A stretch of 64,000 bases of DNA from Octopus bimaculoides. Taxonomy: Eukaryota. The stretch is from NCBI RefSeq assembly GCF_001194135.2, contig NC_068991.1, positions 24,482,774 through 24,546,773 on the forward strand, read 5' to 3'. The translations under genes were made by a program, and so were the position numbers. The notes below the pieces were generated by a model. It was not told where the DNA came from. It did not search any database and was given only the letters and a program-made list of their open reading frames with translations. This document shows, piece by piece, positions 13,664-25,800 of the stretch; positions within the stretch are counted from its first letter, which is position 1; every line of letters starts with the position of its first letter.

Positions 13664-13884
13664 TTAACACAGTGTGTTCATACCTTGTCCAGGATGGTAA
13701 TGTGATGACGATCCCATTGGTGAGGGATGTGTGAACTTTGACCGGTTTAGACTGTACAAGCTGCCTGGCGCACCTAGGCTTGGTGAGCCCATGCGGCTAG
13801 GCTGCAGTGGAGATGGAGTTGACATCAGTGAAGGCAATGGTGGGAGAGGGGGAAAAGATGGATGCTGCATACCAGAGCTGATAC
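13664..13884 (-). CDS. CELSR: CELSR exon v (probable last or penultimate): Pro/Ser-rich distal tail
   Basis: ctaac...actatag acceptor in phase 1; GISSGMQHPSFPPLPPLPSLMSTPSPLQPSRMGSP...HYHPGQGMNTLC*. A good donor (CAAG|gtatga at 13684/13683) means it could instead splice to an unidentified downstream exon. Confidence 0.7.
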
Positions 13885-16800
13885 CTATAGTTACAATAGA
13901 ATGGTTAGTATAAAGCATGAAATTTAGACATGGATTCATTACTAGGCATTGCAAAAGAAGAAGCATTTACTAAGAGAATTAGTAGATTAATTAGTGAAAA
14001 TATAAGTAAAGAAAAGTGATGAAAGCCAATACAACACTAAAAGGAGAGGAAAATAAACATATTCAGTATTTCAGTTAATTATTTTTTGTATTACAAAAGC
14101 TGTATTATTTAGTATTTTATATTTCTTAGCACTGAGGTAGCTTTCATCACTTTTTTTACACAGAGTTCAATAACAAGGTTTTATGAAAACTATATGATAT
14201 TACTTTCTTACAAATAGTTCAAACTATAGAAAAACTTTCATGCAAGCAGAAGGGAGAAGCTTACTGGTCTAAAATTTCAGGTAGAGCTAACTTTCTCTTT
14301 AAGCAAAAGGTTCTGGCTGAAACTTTAGATGCATTCCACTCCTTGAACTATTTAGAATATCATAAAGGTAAAGGGTGAAGACCCCCTACGGTCATGAATG
14401 ACTATAGGATTGCACCTACAAAGTTATCTTCTGAGGCACAAGTTCAGGCAAGGTTGGTTATGGAAGACCAGCAGTCACCCATGCATACCAGCCTCCTCTC
14501 CCCATGCCACCAATGTTATCCAAGGGAAAGGCAAAATCCGATATAGCTTGACAGTAGTGATGTCACAACTCATTTCTACAGCTGAGTTAACTGGAGCAAC
14601 ATGAAATAAAGTGTCTTGCTCAAGAATACAACACATAACCTGGTCCAGGAATCGAACTCACTACCTCTCGATTGTGATCCCAATGCTCTAACCACAGCCA
14701 TGTGCATGACTAAAAAGTTACATAGTTATCAGTTGCAAGTGTTTATGTGAATACAAAATGAGGAATAACTGTTTAATAATGAGCTTAGCAGTAAAATTAA
14801 TGAAGCACTAAGTTATTAATAGATGGTTATAAGTTATTTGCATAAAACAGTAAATTAGTATGAGGTAGAGATTTAATATTAGTAAAAAGCAGTAAATTAA
14901 CAGCCAATGAGCAAACATCTGTATGATCACAACATTTCTCCAAATATCCTCTACAATCCTAAAATCTGGAAGAACATAATGGATGAAGCAGTTTTGGTTA
15001 TATTATGCCACAAAAAAAGACTGGAATCATTACGTTGGAACAGTGGGCAAACAATAAAATGTTGATAAAATGGCAAACAGCATATTAATGAAAAGCAGTA
15101 GCTTAGTAGCTTTATGCAACAATGAACTCATATACAACTGTAATTAGGTGTTTGAATGTATGTTTCTGCTCTACTTTCTGCAGTTTTGCAGCTGACCAAT
15201 AATATTTTAATCTATCATTATAGCTGTATGCATATGTGCAATTTTCTTAAATATTGGTTTCATCCAGCTTTGTCCACCCACCTCAAAAGAATTATAAAAT
15301 TAGGAAACAAATACTGATGTTTGTTTCTTCATATTTCATGCAATTTAATTGAAATTTTGGGAAAACTGAAGATTATGGTATCAAAGAGCAAAATGCTTTC
15401 CTCATTAAATACTTTCATTATTACCAAATACTTCACTCCTTTAAATATAGGTGTGCATGTACACATGCACGCACGCATGCACACACACACAATTATTATC
15501 ACAGGTATTTGGTTATTACGTTATGAAGATTTGTAGGAATTTTATCAATCCTATTAACCCCCAATCACAAACAGCCAATGTATTAAGTTCTAATTTTGTG
15601 CCAATGATAAATGGAAGTAGATGAAGAGTACATCAGAACAGTCACCTAAAAGAATTTGAAAGGAGATGATGCAATGATACTTATGAAGATAATGCTGATC
15701 AATCATTTGTAAATATTCTTAATCTATATGTGAACAATATTTTCTTTCATTGCTTATTTATATTATTGATTTACTGTTTTTAAAAATATAATCTTTATTG
15801 ATTTTTGTAATTTAAAACTACTTTGTTTTAATATCCATTGATTTACTCTTCTTTGTACTGATTATTTTACAACTAGAATATTACTAGTCATATGTTTACT
15901 ACTATAACTTGTTTGAGAAAATTCTATGGCATTAGGAACTAATTTATGCAAAGTCATCTTCAATTTTATCACATTTTTCCTTGTTTTCCAATGTCCAACA
16001 TAATACTTCAGACTGTTTATACTAAATATGTGCAATGAAATTCTGCAGATGTAGCACTGTACTTCTCAACAAGACCCAACTGAAAATGGTTGTGTCACCT
16101 AATTCAGTTGAAGGGTTTTCGTGAAGAGGCTGTAAAATAAAACCTTGCTTAAAAATTTAAACAAATGTTTAATTTTGCTTAAATGATTCAACAGCACAAC
16201 AAAAATCTGAAAGCAAGAGGATTAATATGCATTTTCTTAGATGAAAATGTAATGTTTATAGGATGATTGATCAAAGATTTTGATCAGGGCTAATGTGGAA
16301 ACTAAACAATAACAACAAACGATAAAAACGAAGTGAAAAAGTAAAAGTTTGATGTCACACCTTTAAATGAACCTGGGGATTTCTCTTTCTCTTTTTTGTT
16401 CATTTTTCGAGCTTGTTCTCTCGCTTCTTCTGCAAAAGACACAGGAATAAGGAATAAATAATCCACATAATCCAAATGAAGAGAGAAACATGAAAATGAT
16501 TCCAGGAAAGCTCACCCAAATGTTTAAAAAGGCTTTCAAGATTACAAACTTTCACAACCCCTACAATCAAAGTAGTAATAATGATAAGTTTTGGGGCAAT
16601 GTCAAAATACAGATCAAATACAATATATGATAATGAGTTAGAAGAAAATGAATAATCATTAATATCTGAACACTCACCAACTTTCTTGTTCTTAGGCATT
16701 TCCCATTTGGGGTCATCGTCCAAATCTTCATCATCTGATGAATGGCTGGAGGCCAGCTCCAGGCTAGCATGCTCATCAGAATCATCACTGTCTGAGTCAG

Positions 16801-19800
16801 AATCAGGTTTTAAATTGGTTGTCTTTTCACCTGTATCTGGATCTGAAGAAATTTCAACAAAGCAGGTTGATATTTCTTTTCTGTTAACAGTTTGAACTTA
16901 GTTTCTAATTAAAATTTAAACCAAATCAATTATAGTTTAATATTACTCTATCCAATGAGTTATCATTACAGAGCTAAGTTTGATATGTGGCTAACAATGA
17001 CATATATTCCTGTAACTTAAGCTTTCAGTATTTCACTTCATTGTAGTGTTATATTTCTATGATCTTAGTCTCAGGTCAATTCTGATCAAAGACATTCCTG
17101 CAATGATCATTCCATGTAATTTGCCAAGACTACATTATTCTGTATGTCCATCTCTTTAAACCCTTTTGCTACCATATTTATGTTGAAATAAACTGCTATT
17201 GCTTCAATTAATTTTGAAAATAACAAAGAATTTATTAAAGCAATTTTGACATTATTATTAACTTTAAAATCAAAATTTTCTATCATAGAACCAAAGGGGT
17301 TTCAGGAAGGTTAGTTCGAAAATGGTTAAAATGGTAGGGTATGACACAAAGGAGATTTAAATGCTATTTCTAGCAAGCCAATGACTGCATGGAGAATCTC
17401 TCACTGGCTCAGGGGTCTCAGATTTATGAGAACAATATGAAGAAATTTGAAGTTGTGATGTGATTTACCTTCCCAAAACATGAAAGGAAAACAATTGATA
17501 GTTCAATGGTTGAAGAATTACAAAGCAATAGATATAGCCTGTGTGTGAAAGCTATGCTACATGGCAGTGAAATATGGGCTGTGAGCAATGGGGACATGCG
17601 TAGGCTTGAAAGAAAAGCTAGTATGCTTTGCTGGATGTGCAATGTCAGTGTGCCTGTATGACAGAGTGTAAGCATCTTGAGAGAAAAGCTGGGCATAAGA
17701 GGCATCAGATGTGGTGTGCAAGAGAGACAACTGTATTGGTATGGTCATGTGATATGTATGGACAAGGACAGCTGTGTAAAGAAGTGCTGATCTCTAATTG
17801 TGAAGGGAACCTGTGGAAGAGGTAGACCTAGGAAGAAATGTTGGGCCTCACAAAGGTGAAGACAAGTGACCGAAAGCTCTGGCAATATGCTGCGTGTGAA
17901 AAGACTCATCAGACCAGGTGAAATCATAGTTGTGACAGTACCGGTGTCATGTAAATGGCACCCATGCATCATCTTCATTGTTGTTGGCAGTGCCATGTAA
18001 ATGGCTCCCGTGAATCATAGTCGTGGTCACTGCTGGTGCCATGTTAATGACACCTATGCATTGTAGTTGTGGTCGTTGATGGTACCATGTAAATAGCACC
18101 CGTGAATCATCATGGTCGATGCCGGTGTCATATAAATAGCACCCATGCATTGTAGTCATGGTCATCAACGGTGCCATGTAAATTGGCACCCAGGAATCAT
18201 GGTCATTGGTGGTGCCATGTAAATGGCAACCGTGAGTTGTAGTCATTGCTGGTGCCATGCAAATAGCACCCATGAATCATAGTCATGATCACTGCTGATG
18301 CCATGTAAATTGCACCTGTGCATTGTAGTCGTGGTCATTGCTGGTGCCATGTAAATGGCACTCACCTGTGAATCATAGTCATGGTTGTTGCCAGTATTAT
18401 ACAAATGACACCCATGCTAGTGGCACATAAAAGCACCCATTACACTCCTAGAATGGTTGGCATTAGGAAGGACATCCAGCTGTAGAAACCATACCAAACA
18501 AGACTGAAACCTGGTGCAACTCTGCAGATCATCAGCTCCAGTCACACCATCTAACCCATGCCAGCATGGAGAGTGGACATTAGCTGATGATGATGATACT
18601 GAAACAATCAGTAAGTTTTTTTCTTGTTTTTTCACATGGAATTTATTTATTCCCCTGGTCATTCTTAGATATGATAAGTACAGGTAAGACTACCAACACT
18701 TTGTCTAATACCATTAAAACATATGAAGCTGTCACTATACAAATCAAAGTCCAAACTTCCTCACTACCACTACACACCAGCATTCAATATTTAATCAATC
18801 CGGATTTTGTAATTGTCTCCTTTGACAGGAACTGTCATTAACAATAATTATTTAACCTTTTTTAGTAACCCTTTTCTTATATTTTTGTAGTAAATCACTG
18901 CTTTGTTTCAATTAATTTTTTTCTTAAATGAAGAATTTAGCAAAATAGCTTTGCCCTTATTAAGCTGATGTGTGAAACATAAATTAACATGAAATTTTGA
19001 TGGAAGATTTTAACCCTTTTGATAACAGCCCACCTGAGACCACCCCTGCTTCTATGATAGAAACTTCTTGTTTTAAATCATGTCACCTAAATTAAAGTCC
19101 TACATCAAAATTCCTTATTAATTTATGCTTCATGCACCAGCTTAATAATAACAATGTTATTTTCCAAATTAATTGAAACAGAGGCAGCATATTTCAACAG
19201 AACCATGGTAATGAAAGAGTATCACTTAAAACAGGAAAGGCATCACTTAAAACAGGTACAATCTTGGTATCAAAAAGATTAAAGATGTAATTAAATTTGA
19301 TTGAACATCTTTTTTAGCTTTCCCTTCACTGAATATTTATTTAGGCTGCAAGAGCATATAAAAATCTTTTACTCATTTATAAACGTGAAGGCATGTGAAC
19401 TTGTCAAAGCATTGCTGTTTTTGTCTCCTTTGAATACAATTACTACTAACAGTACTTCAATAATTCTATTGGTAATATAAAAAAGGATTTATTAACATGA
19501 GAATTAAAAAACTGTAAAGGCCAACCTCCTTCAGAGAGAACTTCTAGTCATTTAGAAAATACCATTATTTTTCATTCCTCATCAAAATCAAAATAGTATT
19601 TAATTAATTGACCTTACAGTCCAGGACTATTTTACAAAATACTTCAAGCAATTTGCATATTTGAAAAGCCAATATCAAATTGAAAATACATATTTCTAAT
19701 TATGTTAATATTAATTAAATTCTACAATGCAGAAACCTAAAACATCATTAAAATTATTTTATACCTCATTAAATTTAATTATTTTCTGGAACATTTATAT

Positions 19801-22800
19801 TAACAACAAAAAAAAAAAACAATGTCAAGCATGTACAGAGAACAGAGGTACAAATTCAAAATCAACATATAAAAAAAGAAAATAAACATACTACATATAT
19901 ATATATACATATANNNNNNNNNNNNNNNNNNNNNNNNNNNNNNNNNNNNNNNNNNNNNNNNNNNNNNNNNNNNNNNNNNNNNNNNNNNNNNNNNNNNNNN
20001 NNNNNNNNNNNNNNNNNNNNNNNNNNNNNNNNNNNNNNNNNNNNNNNNNNNNNNNNNNNNNNNNNNNNNNNNNNNNNNNNNNNNNNNNNNNNNNNNNNNN
20101 NNNNNNNNNNNNNNNNNNNNNNTATTAGGTACACATACAAAACATAGCAGTATTGTTTTCTTTTATACTTTCAACATGAACACTATAACAGCAAATATTA
20201 CTGACAATCACATTACTTACAACCACACACACACTTATGGAAATAAACAAAACAAGCAAATCTAAAAAGAAGAAAAGAAAACTATAAAAAAAATAAACGA
20301 TAAATAAATCAAGAAGATCCCATGAAATGCTATTGATGAATCTGTGTCATGAAAGATGCATAACCTTGACCATTGGGCATTAAGTTAGTTTATAGCTGCA
20401 TGCAAATAGTTCTGGAGAAAATGGTTCTTTGAGTATAATTATACTAGTGCTGGCATGGGTAATTTTTAAACCAGAAGAGTGCTGTATTTGTTATGACTAA
20501 CCAAAATCTAAACAGTTAGAAAATTAAGTAACTTAGAGAATGGTGGTTTGCTGAGGCACACTGGTGTGCAACGATGTAGCTAGGTGAGTCATAAAAATAA
20601 TAAAAAGAAATGGGAAAAATGAAAACTGAAATTCTACATTTCATTTACTGAGTAAAGAACTAATTCTTTAATGCTGTTTACATAATTTTTATCTAAAGGC
20701 TAAAATATACCTAATAACATTTTAAAATACACTATTTGACTTAATGCATAAGGTGAGCTAAAATGTTGAGTTAGTTATCATTAAGGTGGCATGGAAAAAG
20801 TGTAACAATGCATCATTTGCTTTCACATTATGTATTAACCCTTTAGCATTTAAACTGGCCATATCCAACCCAAGTATTCTACCTGTTTTATGTTCGAACT
20901 GGCAAGATCTGGTTTCTCCCACCTACCCTACAATATCATTTTTAAAATATACAATTATATCATTGGAATCTCAAAGCTACAAGATAATGCATGATTAATT
21001 AAAAAACAATATAAATAAAATAAGTATTACATTTGACAGAGTAATCAGAACGCTAAATGGTTAAAGAATATCATTGTATCACTTGATGCATAATATATTA
21101 ACAAACCAAACTGTATCCATGTATCACATACTGGCATATACTATATACCACTACAACATATTCACACATCAAACACTGTCTCTTGCAATATCACATGTTG
21201 ACATATTGAACACTGTATCACTGGCTACAACATGTTGACATATCAAACTGTATCACTTGCTATCCCATGGTGACATATCAAAGTATATATACATATATAT
21301 ATATATATAATCACTTGTTATCACATGTTAGCATATCAAACCATATCACTCATTATACTGATATCACATGTTGACATATCAAACTGTATCACTTGCTATC
21401 ACATGTTGACATATCAAACAAACTGGCTGAAGGATACCAAAACATGCAGGACAACAAAGAGACAACAGCATCATGCCAGGATGTTTGGCTGCAATTAGAG
21501 AGTCAATCAGGAAACCTCATATATAGGAGTCATCTGTACAAGGAGCTGATTAGGCTTGAAATGGATTTTCAATACATTTTTCAGGTAAACATTAGAAAGT
21601 GACACAGTGTTATTCATTTATCAACATGGCCTGAATAGTGAGGTGACAATTTATATCAATGAAGCATATGTGTTGCATTAAATTTTGTATAAGAGAGTGC
21701 ATATAGGTCTGTGATTCCATGCATGTGTGTTCATATGCATGCTGATATGCTTGAAGAAGACTAGTTAATTTTGGAGATAGTTTTGTAATTAAATTTAGAT
21801 TTTCACTCAAGATTAATAGTGTTTCTACTCTCTTAGATTAATGAAGTTTTATGTCTTAATAGTAGTGCATGATAATGTAATACTGTATCACTATACATAC
21901 ACACACATACATAAACACACACACATGCATACATACACACATACATACATCCATCCATCAATACATACATATGTAAGTATATACTCACATGCATAGTAGA
22001 AACATTGACAAGAAGAGTGGTCTCCTTTAGACCTGTGGTACATACAGATCACATAGAAGCTTCACCTTTGCTTTCAATGAATAGGAGATAGCCTCTAAAT
22101 TGTAATACAAAATGAGCGTTGTTTGTGCCAGAATGGTATATATCACCCACAATAGCACAACATCAGCAGCTATCTGCAAGAAGGACTGTTCTGACGGTCA
22201 TGAGATAAAAATATATCCAAAGGTTTAAAAATGAGGAATACTGGTGGAACAGTTATTATATATATATATATATATATATATACAAAATATAGGGGTTTAG
22301 TTCACAGGTGATCTAAACAATTAGGTATGCTAGGTGAGTGCTGTAACGGATTGCTAGGGCTCCAAGGTTACAGCCGAGATGGTAGTTATGGAGTATTGCA
22401 GATTTCCGATGCAGTGGATATATAATTCTGTTGTGTTTGGGGAGGGTCATTTTCTTTTTGTGCCTTATAGTTTAACACACTCACCGGTAAAATTTCCACT
22501 TATTCCTTATTTTTATTTTCCTAAAATTTTCGTTGCGTCTTGCNNNNNNNNNNNNNNNNNNNNNNNNNNNNNNNNNNNNNNNNNNNNNNNNNNNNNNNNN
22601 NNNNNNNNNNNNNNNNNNNNNNNNNNNNNNNNNNNNNNNNNNNNNNNNNNNNNNNNNNNNNNNNNNNNNTATATATCCATTAAAGTTTTATAAATAATGA
22701 TAATAATAATCCTTTCTACTATAGGCACAAGGCCTGAAATTTGGGGCAAGGGACTAGTCAATTATACCAATCCCAGTCTCAACTGGTACATAATTTATCG

Positions 22801-25800
22801 ACCCCGAAAGAATGAAAGGCAAAGTTGACCTCAGCGGAATTTGAAATCAGAACGTCAAGGAGGAAGAAATGCTGCTAAGCATTTTGCCCATCATGGTAAC
22901 GATTCTGGCAGCTTGCTGATGATGAAATTATAACAACATTAATACAAGTATAACTTGTATCATCCAACTATTGGGTGTTACTATACACTGCTGGTTACAA
23001 TGCACTTCCTCACCCTTTTGAATTATGCCACCCTGCTGGCTGGGCAGGCAGGCCAAGATTCCCCTTGAATGGAATGCCAGTTCATTGCAGGCTTGCCTAT
23101 TTGCAGCTGAGTGGACTGGGGAAATGTGAAATAAAGTGTTTTGCTCAAGAACACAATGCACTGCTGGTCTGGGAAACAAAACAATGACCTTGAGATTATG
23201 AGTGCAACACCCTAACCACTAGGCTACACCACACACAAAATTACTTTATACACACACACTCCTCATGAAATAATTTCATGGATTGGATCTCCTGGATTTC
23301 TGCTGCATAGGACTCTACATTATGCTCCTACTTATAGGAATATAATGTAGTATGGTAGCATGGTTCACTAGAGGAGCTTTCTGTGATTTCCACAAGGTTC
23401 TATGAATTTATACACACACACACACACACACACACACGTTCTATATAATATAGGCACACACCAGAATGGTTAAGAAGTTTGCTTTGCAATCATGTAATTC
23501 CACTATGTAAAAGTGGGCAACTTGAGCCTGCCCAAATTTTGTAAGTGAAAATGGTTAGACAGAAACTGTGCAGAAGCCTATTTACTGGACTATACCTGTA
23601 ATTAAAAGGGCCAGTCTTGTTACACACTATATAATACTGATTCCACCTGAAGATTACCTTGAAGAGATACATGTCTGTGGAATACTTGGCCACTTACATT
23701 TATAATTTGAAGAGACTGTCACTATTTTTTAATGGGCACTGAAGGATTTGAACTCAAAACAAACAGAACCAAAACAAAGACTACAAAGCATCTCCTCTGA
23801 CACTAACAGTTCTATTAATAACCTAGCCCAGACTGGTAGTATTCATCCAGCCTTACAAAGATGAAGTGCAAAGCTGACTAGATGAGATTTGAACTAAGAA
23901 CTGGAATAAATACTATGAATGTATATATGATACATTCATATATGTGTATGTGTGTGTGTGTGTGTGTCTGCATGAAATATATTACAGACTTACCTTTTTT
24001 AATGTATGCTATATATATAATTTTATTGCACTATTTTATATATCAATAATAATAACTAGTAAAAACTATATATTAATAACTAGAGCAGAGAGGAATATAT
24101 ATATATATCTCTCTCTTTTACTCTTTTACTTGTTTCAGTCATTTGACTGTGGCCATGCTGGAGCACTGCCTTTAGTCAAGCAAATCGACCCCAGGACTTA
24201 TTCTTTGTAAGCCTAGTACTTATTCTATCGGTCTCTTTTGCCGAACCGCTAAGTTACGGTGACGTAAACACACCAGCATCGGTTGTCAAGCGATGTTGGG
24301 GGGACAAACACAGACACCCAGTTTATTGGGAGTTACATGTATGGATCAACACAGTTTGATTCAAATTCATTTTGAATTTGAAAATGGCTGAAGATTAGCA
24401 TCACACTTGAAACTCAAGAGTACCAATGAATTTGAATCAAACTGTTTTGAACCACACACATATATATATACATGAAACTACAATAAAATAACTATGGTTG
24501 AAATATGAAATTGTTTCAATATCTTCCCATGTGTTTAAGCCAAGTGATATCATAAAATCTGAATAAGAAAATATAATAACTAAGTTTGAGAGCAAGAAAT
24601 AGAAGAAATATATTAACCATAGTTAAAATATGAAAGTTTCACTGCCCATATCAACTGAGCAAATACTGGCATCATTTCAGCATAAAAATTAGTGGTTTCA
24701 ACTATGTATATCAACCAACAAAATATCACCATATTTTCAAAGATCAAAATTACACCACGGCCATATTTCATAATGCTTGGTGTCATTTTACACTTACATA
24801 CAAACTTTATGCTTTAGCTGTTCAAGTAACGAGCAGTGAATATGACAAACCCATAAACATAGTCTATTTTATTCATAATATTGAATTTAATAATTTTCAT
24901 CTTTTACAACAAACAGAGGAAGAGCAGAGAAGACTGTTTAATCTTGCCATAGAAACCTCTCTAGTGCTTGGAGTGAGATAAAATATATTTAGTCTATATT
25001 GTAAAGTGGTTTGTGATAGGAAGGACATCCAGTTATAAAAACCATACCAAAAATAACACGATATAGATTGCAACAGCGTAAACCAGGTTTTTTCTTCTCT
25101 ATCTGTGTATGCCAGACAACAAATTACTGTAAAGAGTAGAGAGATGCTGTGAGGCCCATCCAACCCATGCCAACATGAAAAAAATATATGAAAAAATAAT
25201 GTAAAATAACAATTTTGCTATTTTATCTATTTATAAATCATAAGAAATTCGGCTTAAGGAATTTGAGACCTGCACTTCATAAAGCAGTGCATGTGCATTT
25301 CTCTCTCCTGCCTTCCAAGAGAGTAGTTGATGGAAAGGGAGAGAGACTGAGGAACAGAAGGTGTAATTAACATCTAGCAGATAAAAAGAGAATGAAAGAG
25401 AAAGTAGTGAAAATCTGTGTATATATGGATGTCTTCTAGTTCATTGAAATGAGTTCACATCTCATGGCAAATTTTGTAAAGACTTCTTTTCTTTAGTAAG
25501 CTGCTTAAACATTACTTGACTAAAACTGTGAAAAGAGAATAATGATGATGACAGTGATGATGATGATAATGACAAGGAAAACAATGACATAATTGAGAAT
25601 GTGATTTAAATGAAAATCGACAGAAATCACCAAAAACATTAATAATAATAAGGACTTGAGAGAAAATACCATATAAGGCAATGGGTTATTAAAATTGTAA
25701 AGAAAAGAGAAAAATATTTGAGCTTTCATTGAACTTGATTAATATAGTTGGTTAGCTACTTTAAGCCAATACTTATATAATTACTTATAAATTACTATAA

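Noticed and set aside
14264-14347. Exon-like segment with aaatag acceptor and gtaagc donor
   Set aside because: Phase-1 entry hits TAA after 7 codons and is incompatible with the neighbouring exons
17943-18400. CRISPR array
   Set aside because: Eukaryotic intron with no cas genes; the inter-palindrome segments are homologous to each other rather than unique spacers, and the array is embedded in a LINE 3' region
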